The notes below the pieces were generated by a model that worked only from the letters and a program-made list of their open reading frames with translations, was not told the DNA's origin and searched no databases. A stretch of DNA of 39,275 nt from a virus. The position numbers were made by a program, and so were the translations under genes. Positions 32,695 to 39,275 of this stretch are shown here, one piece after another (position 1 is the stretch's first letter; the number at the start of each line of letters is the position of its first letter). The stretch lies in the IMG/VR virus record IMGVR_UViG_3300029566_000030; one strand, given 5' to 3'.

Positions 32695-33751
32695 GAGCAT
32701 GACGCCGGAAAGCATCAAGTCCGAGATGCTCGGGCGCGTGATCAATGCCGGCGTCGATGTGGATGCCCGTGAGGGCAGCTATGCTAATGTGCTTTTGAGC
32801 GAGGCTGCCTACGTCATGTGGAAATACGGCCAGACACTGAATGGTTTTATCGACATTCTGTTTCCGAGCGCCAACAGTGGGCGTTACCTCGACCTGCATG
32901 CAGCGCAGATCGGTATGACCCGTCAGCCCGGCGCAAAGGCAGAGGTGACAGTGACATTCTCGGGCGTGGACGGCACGAAGATCCCATCAGGGACCGTTGT
33001 GTGCACGCCGAGCGCGTTGCGCTTTCTGACAACAGAAGAGGTCACCATCGCTGCCGGGCTTGCCAGCGTTCGCTGCATTGCTGAGGATATCGGCGCGGAC
33101 TATAACGTGCCGGAGGCGACCGTCACGCAGATGGCGGTCAATATCCACGGCGTGCATGGCGTCACCAACGCGGCCGCCGGCATCGGTGGCGCGGATGAAG
33201 AGAGCGACGCAGATCTGTGGGCACGCTATCACGAGCGCCGCACAGAGCCGATCACATCCGGCAACGCCAACCACTACGTGATGTGGGCAAAGGAGGTCAC
33301 GGGTGTCTCCTATGCCCGCTGCATCCCGCTGTGGAACGGCAATGGCACCGTCAAGGTCATCATTGCCGGCGCGGACAAAAAGCCGCTGGACGACACGATC
33401 GTGACCGCATGCGCGGAACACATTGAGGCAGAGCGCCCAATCGGCGCGACGGTAACGGTGGTCTCGGTCACGGAGGTTGAGATTCCGATCGTTGCCAAGA
33501 TCAAACTCGTCAATGGTCATAGTCTCGACGAGGTCAAAGCGGATCTTTCCGCAGCGGTCAGCGCACTGCTGGCAGCTCTGCCATTCGCTGAAGAGCAGAG
33601 CGTGCCTTACAGCCGTTTTCTCGCAAGCCTTCTGCAGTGCGCAGGCGTAGCGGATTACAGCACATTCACTGTCAATGGAGCAAAGACGGCGCTGCGCATC
33701 AACTCTGGCACGATTCCCGTGCTCGGCACTGTTGATGTAACGACCTATTAA
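32672..33751 (+). CDS. Baseplate J-like protein (XkdT-like)
   Basis: 359 aa. N-terminus FESMTPESIKSEMLGRVINAGVDVDAREGSYANVLLSEAA is typical of the Baseplate_J family. Confidence 0.9.
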   Translation: MTEKSPFESMTPESIKSEMLGRVINAGVDVDAREGSYANVLLSEAAYVMWKYGQTLNGFIDILFPSANSGRYLDLHAAQIGMTRQPGAKAEVTVTFSGVDGTKIPSGTVVCTPSALRFLTTEEVTIAAGLASVRCIAEDIGADYNVPEATVTQMAVNIHGVHGVTNAAAGIGGADEESDADLWARYHERRTEPITSGNANHYVMWAKEVTGVSYARCIPLWNGNGTVKVIIAGADKKPLDDTIVTACAEHIEAERPIGATVTVVSVTEVEIPIVAKIKLVNGHSLDEVKADLSAAVSALLAALPFAEEQSVPYSRFLASLLQCAGVADYSTFTVNGAKTALRINSGTIPVLGTVDVTTY

Positions 33752-33762
33752 GGCGGTGGAGC

Positions 33763-34323
33763 ATGGAGAATCGCGAGAAAGTACCTGTTCGGTATCGTAA
33801 AAATGCACAGACAGCCGCGCTGCTTGACACGCTCGGGCTTTCCGCTCAGCAGATGGCAGATCTCGTGGAAGACGTCAAAAAGCAGTTTTTTATCGAGACG
33901 GCCACATGGAGCCTGCCGCTCTGGGAGTATCAGGTCAGTATCACGCCGCCCGCGAACGCGACGGAAACCTCGCGCCGCAATGCGATCAAGGCCCACCTGC
34001 TTGCTGGCGGCAACACCAACGCTGACACGGTCCGCGACATGGCCACAGCGATGACGGGCTACGCTGCACGCGTCATCATGAACGACGACTATAGCTTCAC
34101 GTTGGAATTCCTTGGCGAGACGGATGACCTTGTTGAGTTAGATCTGAGCAGCCTGACCGATTCCGTCAATCTTATCAGTCCGGCGCATCTGCGCTTTATC
34201 ATTGCCGGCCTGACGTGGGAACGGTTTGAGGCAGTCAACATGACGTGGGCAAAGCTCGAGAATATGAACATGACATGGGAACGGTTGGAAGAGTCCGTGC
34301 CCATCGTCGGGATGAAACAGTAA
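33763..34323 (+). CDS. Baseplate/tail protein I-like (XkdU position)
   Basis: 186 aa, ...TWSLPLWEYQ... motif. Synteny after the J-like gene. Confidence 0.8.
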   Translation: MENREKVPVRYRKNAQTAALLDTLGLSAQQMADLVEDVKKQFFIETATWSLPLWEYQVSITPPANATETSRRNAIKAHLLAGGNTNADTVRDMATAMTGYAARVIMNDDYSFTLEFLGETDDLVELDLSSLTDSVNLISPAHLRFIIAGLTWERFEAVNMTWAKLENMNMTWERLEESVPIVGMKQ

Positions 34324-34334
34324 AGGAGTGCAAT

Positions 34335-34823
34335 ATGAGAAGTCAGGGACAGTTTGGTGCCAATTACAGTGTGAATGGGCACCGCACGAGCGGCGAGCGC
34401 CGCGTCGACTTTAATAAGGGGTATAGTTTCCTCTTCGAACGCTGCTTTGAAGAAAATACCTTGGAGGAAATTGAGAAAATCGACTGGTCTCATGTCACTG
34501 TGAAGACACTGGATGCGAACTATCCTCCCTGCAGTCTTCCTGAAGGATATTCCTTCGTTGTCAAAGATATTCAGTACATCAAGTGCTACGACAGCTTTGA
34601 GGTGACGATCGAGGTCGACAAACAGTACTGGGGCGATGTGACGCCCTATCAGGCGCAGATTGCCGAGCTGACGGCGTCATCCGAGGCCAAGGACAGTGAG
34701 CTTTCCGAGAAAAACGCCCTGATTGCGGAAAAGGCGCAGCAGATCGCGCAGAAAGACAGCAAAATTGCGGAAATGGCAGACGCCGAGCAGGCGGCGAAGA
34801 TCCTGCTCGGCGAGGCCGACTAA
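34335..34823 (+). CDS. Short fibre-position protein with C-terminal coiled-coil (162 aa)
   Basis: ATG at 34335 follows AAAGGAG. C-terminal AQIAELTASSEAKDSELSEKNALIAEKAQQIAQKDSKIAEM. Confidence 0.6.
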   Translation: MRSQGQFGANYSVNGHRTSGERRVDFNKGYSFLFERCFEENTLEEIEKIDWSHVTVKTLDANYPPCSLPEGYSFVVKDIQYIKCYDSFEVTIEVDKQYWGDVTPYQAQIAELTASSEAKDSELSEKNALIAEKAQQIAQKDSKIAEMADAEQAAKILLGEAD

Positions 34824-34838
34824 CGGGGATGTGATAGG

Positions 34839-35987
34839 ATGACCGCCTACGAGCAGGCCGATCAGGAGCGCAAGCAGCTATGGGATAGAAAAGAGCTCGT
34901 CAAATCGCAGTTAAAGGACATCGTCGATCCGGAAGAGCTCGCCAAGCAGAAAAAACGCTATGGCATTCTTGAGGCAATGTATGAAGAAGCCCTGCTGCGT
35001 ATGGAGGCTGCCCGACCGCCGAAGGACAAGCGGCGGAAGGCCCCCAAGCAGCGCAGGATCGCTCTTTATATGGAAGGCGTCCTTGAATCCGAAAACGTTT
35101 GCCGCGGCGAAGCTAAAGACGGTGCTGTTGCCGATATTTTCGGGAATACGGTGCGTTGGACGGACCTTGACATTGATCCGGATGACGAAGGCAAAAAAGC
35201 CCGCCTGATGCGATGCCTCAAGCGCGGAAAAGCCGCCTGCTCGCCTCGGCAGCAGGAAATGCTTGATTTGTTTTTGCAGGGGAAATCGATTCGGGAAATT
35301 GCAGAAGCAACGGGGGTGGATAAGACCACAGTGTCGAGAACTCTAAAGCGCGCAAAGAAAACGATCAACGAAATCGAAGGAGCCATGCGCAACGAAGAGC
35401 GCGCAGAAGCTCGGGGCGTTATTGATTTTTCTTCAAGAGAAGTGGCCGAGGACATTCTTTCTTCCCTGACCGAAACGCAAGCCGTTTACTTATATCTTTA
35501 CTACGGGGAATGGTTAAGCCTGCGGGATATCGGCGAATTGCTCGATAAGAGCCACGTTTCCGTATGCAATGGAATCCACCGCGCAGTAAAAAGAATCCGC
35601 GAAAAATATAACGATAATGAGGACTTGATGCTCTGCGGTGTTGAAGACCTTGAACCCATGCTATATGAGATATATCAACAGCCGGATATCGAACACCTCG
35701 TGCCTCAGCGGGCAAAAGATGCTGCAAAGCACGCCTATGCGAAACGGAGGTTCCCAGAAAACATGGAAAAGAGGAACTTGCGCCATAGGGAAATATGGAA
35801 CGAACCGATATGGGCACAACGAAGAATTCGTAAAGTCAATGACAGCAGACTGCTCCGCGCTCTGCAAGACGCGGCAGCACAGCGCGCCACATCGGTGTTA
35901 AATCTGTTGTCAAAGCTGATCACTTATGCACGAAAGAAGATTTTGAAAGGAGTCGATTCCTATTATGAGTGGAAAAAGCTACACTGA
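34839..35987 (+). CDS. Protein with two sigma-70 region-4 / LuxR-like HTH modules (382 aa), lower-GC insert
   Basis: SPRQQEMLDLFLQGKSIREIAEATGVDKTTVSRTLKRAKKTI and LTETQAVYLYLYYGEWLSLRDIGELLDKSHVSVCNGIHRAVKRIREK. No region-2-like segment recognised. Confidence 0.75.
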   Translation: MTAYEQADQERKQLWDRKELVKSQLKDIVDPEELAKQKKRYGILEAMYEEALLRMEAARPPKDKRRKAPKQRRIALYMEGVLESENVCRGEAKDGAVADIFGNTVRWTDLDIDPDDEGKKARLMRCLKRGKAACSPRQQEMLDLFLQGKSIREIAEATGVDKTTVSRTLKRAKKTINEIEGAMRNEERAEARGVIDFSSREVAEDILSSLTETQAVYLYLYYGEWLSLRDIGELLDKSHVSVCNGIHRAVKRIREKYNDNEDLMLCGVEDLEPMLYEIYQQPDIEHLVPQRAKDAAKHAYAKRRFPENMEKRNLRHREIWNEPIWAQRRIRKVNDSRLLRALQDAAAQRATSVLNLLSKLITYARKKILKGVDSYYEWKKLH

Positions 35988-36441
35988 GCGCGCACGCGCG
36001 CTGAGGCCCTATATCGAGCAGGCCAGCGAAAGCCTGCCGGACAGCGACGCAGCAAAGGCCGTTGAGATGTTCCCGCGCTGGGCGGATCACATCGGCGAGA
36101 CCGTCAAGCCCGGCGACCGCCGCAGCGATACGGACGAAAGCGGCGTACTGCACGTCTACCGCGTCAACAAAGGTCAGGGCCACACCACGCAAGAGAACTG
36201 GCCACCGCACTCCACCCCTGCCATGTGGACGATCATCAACGTCGACCACGCGGGCACGCAGGATGACCCGATTCCGGCCGCTCGTGGTATGGAGTACACC
36301 TATGGTCTTTATTACAAAGACCCCGAAGACACTAAGCTATACCTGTGCGAGCGCACCGGCGAGGCCGCCGGCGGGAAGATCGTCTTGCAGTATCTGCCAC
36401 ACGAGTTGGTAGGGAACTATTTCACGGCGGTGAGCGCATGA
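35965..36441 (+). CDS. Fibre-locus protein with a CBM5/12-like carbohydrate-binding motif (158 aa)
   Basis: FPRWADHIGETVKPGDRR...VYRVNKGQGHTTQENWPPHSTPAMW resembles the aromatic-rich chitin/carbohydrate-binding pattern. Confidence 0.6.
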   Translation: MSGKSYTERARALRPYIEQASESLPDSDAAKAVEMFPRWADHIGETVKPGDRRSDTDESGVLHVYRVNKGQGHTTQENWPPHSTPAMWTIINVDHAGTQDDPIPAARGMEYTYGLYYKDPEDTKLYLCERTGEAAGGKIVLQYLPHELVGNYFTAVSA

Positions 36442-36776
36442 CGGCGGCGTTGATTTCCGCCGCAGCGGCGGTGGTGGTGGCGCTCATCGAGGCCATCGCC
36501 GCCCGCGACCGTCGGCGCGACAAGAAGGAGCGTGAGAAAGCCGCCGAGCAGCAGAAGATGCAGGAGCAGCTGATGCTCAAGCTCATCGAGGGCAGCTGGG
36601 CGGCTATCGCGCTGGGCGAGGCAACGGCGAAGGCGATGCAGCGTATTCCGGACGCGCACTGTAACGGGGACATGCACGCCGCACTGGACTACGCCGCCGA
36701 AGTGAAGCACAAGCAAAAAGAATTTTTGGCCGAGTGCGGGATCCACTCGATCCTCGACAGCGGGGCGGCAGCATGA
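36438..36776 (+). CDS. Membrane-anchored lysis-cassette protein (112 aa)
   Basis: ATGA coupling. N-terminal TM AALISAAAAVVVALIEAIAA followed by a charged helix. Confidence 0.6.
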   Translation: MTAALISAAAAVVVALIEAIAARDRRRDKKEREKAAEQQKMQEQLMLKLIEGSWAAIALGEATAKAMQRIPDAHCNGDMHAALDYAAEVKHKQKEFLAECGIHSILDSGAAA

Positions 36777-36997
36777 AAGCACTGAAAGCCCGCTGGGACA
36801 AGATGAAAAAGCGGGACAAGTACATATCCATCGCCATTTTCAGCCTGACGTGGTACACCGTCGCCTCGCTTACCATGACGGTGCTCGGTGTTCCGCCGCC
36901 CGACGTGCTGACGGAACGCTGGTTCAAGGCATGGACGACAGAGCTTGTCGTGGTGGCAGGCATTAAGATTTTCAGAAAGGATGATACAACACTATGA
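36773..36997 (+). CDS. Holin-like small membrane protein (74 aa, 2 TM)
   Basis: ATGA coupling. YISIAIFSLTWYTVASLTMTVLG and ELVVVAGIKIF segments. Confidence 0.6.
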   Translation: MKALKARWDKMKKRDKYISIAIFSLTWYTVASLTMTVLGVPPPDVLTERWFKAWTTELVVVAGIKIFRKDDTTL

Positions 36998-37203
36998 ATA
37001 ACGATTTGCTGAAAAAGAGACTGGCGAACCTGTGCAGCGTGAAGAGCATTGTGACAATCGCCGCAACCGGCGCGGTGATCTACGGCTTTGTCGTTGGCAA
37101 GATCACGGGCGAGCAGCTTATGCTGATCTACAGTTCGATCATCGCGTTCTACTTCGGTACGCAGTCGCAGAAGAATCAGGACGCCATTGACAAGGGGGCG
37201 TAA
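36994..37203 (+). CDS. Holin (69 aa, 2 TM) immediately before the lysin
   Basis: IVTIAATGAVIYGFVVG and LMLIYSSIIAFYFG TM segments with a charged C-terminus. Confidence 0.7.
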   Translation: MNNDLLKKRLANLCSVKSIVTIAATGAVIYGFVVGKITGEQLMLIYSSIIAFYFGTQSQKNQDAIDKGA

Positions 37204-37207
37204 GGCA

Positions 37208-37852
37208 ATGGACATTCGAAAATATCCCGCGAACGCGGGGAACGTCGGCGGCGCTCGCTCGGCGGCGGACATCCGCTATATCGTCATCCACTACACCGGA
37301 AATGACGGTGACACGGCGATGAACAATGCGAAATACTACGCGACGAACGTGGTAAAAACCAGCGCGCACTACTTCATCGACGCAAATGAGGTCGTGCAGA
37401 GCGTGGACGACCTGCGCATCGCGTGGGCGGTGGGCGGAAAGAAGTACCCGAGCTGCGCGCAGACGGGCGGCGGGACGCTGCACGGCCGCTGCCTGAACGC
37501 AAACAGCATCAGCATTGAGATGTGTGACGCGAAGAGGGACGGCGCATACGCGCCGGACGCGCGCACCGTGGAGCGTGCGCTTGCGCTGACGCGCGAGCTG
37601 ATGAAGAAGTACAACATCCCGGCAAGCAACGTGATCCGTCACTTCGACGTGACAGGCAAGCTGTGCCCCGCGTACTGGTCCGGCAAGGAGAACGCGGGCA
37701 AGTGGGAAAAGGAATTCCACGGCAAGCTGACGGCGCCCGATTACCGCGCGCAGCTGCAAAAGCGCGCGGGGCTGACGGACGGCACGATGGATTACCTCTC
37801 GGCGTATCAGTACGGCGATGACTTGATCCGCAAGCTTGCGACGATGCGCTGA
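37208..37852 (+). CDS. Endolysin: N-acetylmuramoyl-L-alanine amidase (Amidase_2/PGRP type)
   Basis: IRYIVIHYTGN...SAHYFID...SISIEMC...VIRHFDVTGKLCP. Confidence 0.9.
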   Translation: MDIRKYPANAGNVGGARSAADIRYIVIHYTGNDGDTAMNNAKYYATNVVKTSAHYFIDANEVVQSVDDLRIAWAVGGKKYPSCAQTGGGTLHGRCLNANSISIEMCDAKRDGAYAPDARTVERALALTRELMKKYNIPASNVIRHFDVTGKLCPAYWSGKENAGKWEKEFHGKLTAPDYRAQLQKRAGLTDGTMDYLSAYQYGDDLIRKLATMR

Positions 37853-37932
37853 CTGTCTAAGCACAAAACACCCAGACAGCAAAAGCTGACTTGTTACTAC
37901 CTAAATCTGCACTCCTATAATGGGGACAGTAT

Positions 37933-38005
37933 AAAGCGCCCGAATCGCTACCAATTTGTGCCTCGCTTCTGAGACAGAAAAAGGTAGTAATTTCGGGCGC
38001 TTTTT
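37933..38005 (+). terminator. Terminator after the lysin gene (12-bp outer stem plus 5-bp inner stem, T run)
   Basis: AAAGCGCCCGAA (37933-37944) pairs with TTCGGGCGCTTT (37992-38003). CTACC pairs with GGTAG. TTTTT follows at 38001-38005. Confidence 0.7.
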
Positions 38006-38023
38006 GTTCCACGTTTGTTCCAC
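37999..38023 (+). repeat. attP arm repeat A: GCTTTTTGTTCCACGTTTGTTCCAC (contains 2x TTTGTTCCAC)
   Basis: Perfect 25-bp direct repeat of 38216-38240. Confidence 0.7.
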
Positions 38024-38138
38024 GAAATGACAGAAAAAAACAAAAATCGTCAAATGACATGAAATACAAAATGAAGAAAATTAAGAAATATCAAGCAACA
38101 CGGAGACTGCGAAAAGAAAGCGAATATAAAGAACCTCT

Positions 38139-38161
38139 TTCGAGTCCTGTACCGCGCACCA
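38139..38161 (+). other. attP core candidate: 3' end of a tRNA gene (T-loop, T-stem 3' strand, acceptor 3' strand, discriminator, CCA)
   Basis: TTCGAGT-CCTGT-ACCGCGC-A-CCA. No matching 5' tRNA half lies upstream. It lies between the two arm repeats, next to int. Confidence 0.7.
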
Positions 38162-38164
38162 GAG

Positions 38165-38201
38165 AAAAACCTTGAAGCTTCAATGGCTTCAAGGTTTTTT
38201 T
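38165..38201. terminator. Bidirectional intrinsic terminator (A5-stem-loop-T7) between the attP core and int
   Basis: CCTTGAAGC (38170-38178) pairs with GCTTCAAGG (38186-38194). Flanked by AAAAA and TTTTTTT. Confidence 0.8.
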
Positions 38202-38215
38202 GTTGCCTTGAAAGG

Positions 38216-38240
38216 GCTTTTTGTTCCACGTTTGTTCCAC
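38216..38240 (+). repeat. attP arm repeat B: GCTTTTTGTTCCACGTTTGTTCCAC, overlapping the int stop codon
   Basis: Perfect 25-bp direct repeat of 37999-38023. Confidence 0.7.
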
Positions 38241-39275
38241 TATGCCTTTTTCTTTCCAAAATTGACCGGGAGCGATGCCGCGAGACCGGCACTTGCTTCC
38301 GCTTGTGCAGTCTCGAAGGCGTGGGAGTAGATGTTCAATGTGGTCGACGTCTGAGAGTGGCCAAGTGCGGCAGAGACAGTGCGCACGTCGGTGTGATTGG
38401 CGATGAGCAGCGAGGCATTGAGATGCCGAAACTGATGGATGCCGTACCACGGCAGGCCGTGACGTTCGCAAAGCTCTTTTCCCCAGTCATAGAAATCCCC
38501 AGGACGCGCCGGCGATCCGTCGAGCTTGGTAAAAAGCCGACCGCTCTCATGCCACTGATCGCCCAGCTCCAGCCGTTTCATTGCCTGCTCTGTACGTAGA
38601 GCCTTTACCATGTCGAAGATCCATGCGGGGAGCTTCAGGGAACGATGAGAGCGTGCTGTCTTTGGCGGGCCTGTGAATATCCCGTGTGCTGGATCATAGA
38701 GGGAGACGCGCTCGACTGTGACGACGTTGGTGGTGAAGTTGAAATCTCGGAATTCGAAGCCGAGCAGCTCTTCGCGGCGGTACCCGCCGAAGATCGCCAG
38801 CACAAAGAAAACCACATAGCGTAGCGGTTCACCGTCAAGTGCATCGAGGAATGCTTGTGTTTCCTCAATGGTGAAGATGTTTTTCTCCCGCTCTTGACGC
38901 TCCGGTAGTACGACACGCGGGCAAGGATTTTCTTTGACCACGCCCATTCGTAAAGCATAAGCGAAGACGCTGGAGATGAACGAGAGATAATTTCGGATAG
39001 ATTTTGGATGAAGGCCCTTAGTAGAGTCCTTTTCATTCGCCCCAGGCTCGGACAAACCGGAAATGAACTTCTGGATCTGACGCGCAGAGAGCTTGTCCAT
39101 ATAGAGATGCCCCAGCGCATGGTATACGCGCTTTGTAAGGGCACGGTAATTGCTGATCGTGCGCTTGCCGAGCTTTTGAGCGGCATATTCGTTGAACCAT
39201 TGCTCGGCAAAGGCTTCGAATTTGATATGCCCGGCGCAGACGCCGCCGCGGCACTCCTCCTCAAAGAGAACCATT
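38240..39275 (-). CDS. int: Tyrosine integrase, catalytic part (5' end continues at 248..1 across the circular junction)
   Basis: HQFRHLNASLL (HxxR) and LGHSQTSTTLNIYSH (catalytic Tyr). SAM-like core-binding region FAEQWFNEYA... The track Met at 39274 is an internal Met of the full 394-aa protein. Confidence 0.9.
   Translation of the reverse strand, partial: MVLFEEECRGGVCAGHIKFEAFAEQWFNEYAAQKLGKRTISNYRALTKRVYHALGHLYMDKLSARQIQKFISGLSEPGANEKDSTKGLHPKSIRNYLSFISSVFAYALRMGVVKENPCPRVVLPERQEREKNIFTIEETQAFLDALDGEPLRYVVFFVLAIFGGYRREELLGFEFRDFNFTTNVVTVERVSLYDPAHGIFTGPPKTARSHRSLKLPAWIFDMVKALRTEQAMKRLELGDQWHESGRLFTKLDGSPARPGDFYDWGKELCERHGLPWYGIHQFRHLNASLLIANHTDVRTVSAALGHSQTSTTLNIYSHAFETAQAEASAGLAASLPVNFGKKKA
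39177..39275. repeat. Terminal direct repeat copy 2 (identical to 1-99)
   Basis: Exact 99-nt identity to the window start. Confidence 0.95.

Noticed and set aside
37891-38005. Possible plus-strand sRNA from TTGTTA-19 nt-TATAAT (37891-37921) to the 37933-38005 terminator
   Set aside because: The -35 box is poor and the spacer is too long. The hairpin is adequately explained as the lysin-operon terminator.
37999-38240. CRISPR array or IS terminal repeats as an explanation for the 25-bp repeats
   Set aside because: There are only two copies, in direct orientation, 217 bp apart. They flank a tRNA 3'-end core next to int, so attP arm sites are the simpler explanation. No CRISPR-like regular repeat-spacer structure exists anywhere in the window.
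1-39275. Retron, DGR, CRISPR-Cas, restriction-modification or toxin-antitoxin protein pairs
   Set aside because: No reverse transcriptase, Cas, methyltransferase or recognisable TA protein motifs appear in any frame. Only the small-peptide and sRNA candidates listed in the findings remain.

Overview
The window is a complete, circularly permuted temperate phage genome. Bases 1-99 are repeated exactly at 39177-39275, so the unique length is about 39176 bp. The cut point falls inside the tyrosine integrase gene.

Gene order:
- Lysogeny module on the minus strand: int, then a CI-like HTH plus S24 peptidase repressor.
- A back-to-back PL/PR switch with palindromic operators.
- A plus-strand early operon: cro-like gene, excisionase-like HTH, 3D-domain protein and small zinc-ribbon proteins.
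- A 386-nt structured noncoding island containing a tRNA-like minihelix.
- A recombination and replication module: SMC-like ATPase, PD-(D/E)XK nuclease, SSB, CHC2 zinc finger, SF3-type helicase, an iteron-rich putative origin, DEAH helicase, VRR-NUC, HNH_3 and a PAPS-reductase-like protein.
- A roughly 1-kb regulatory island that ends in a strong terminator.
- An HK97-type packaging and head module: HNH, TerS, TerL, portal, protease and capsid.
- A PBSX/Xkd-like contractile tail: sheath, tube, chaperone with a -1 frameshift, tape measure, LysM protein and baseplate.
- Holins and an amidase_2 lysin.
- An attP whose core is a tRNA 3' end.

Most notable features:
- A self-contained antisense cassette (promoter, SD, 23-aa hydrophobic micro-ORF, terminator) inside the tail operon.
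- An oop-like antisense sRNA unit at 5344-5445.
- The tRNA-like structured RNA island.
- A lower-GC gene with two sigma-70 region-4-like HTHs inserted in the fibre locus.
- Evidence that late genes must read through a strong terminator.

All protein family calls come from motifs read by eye. No database search was run.
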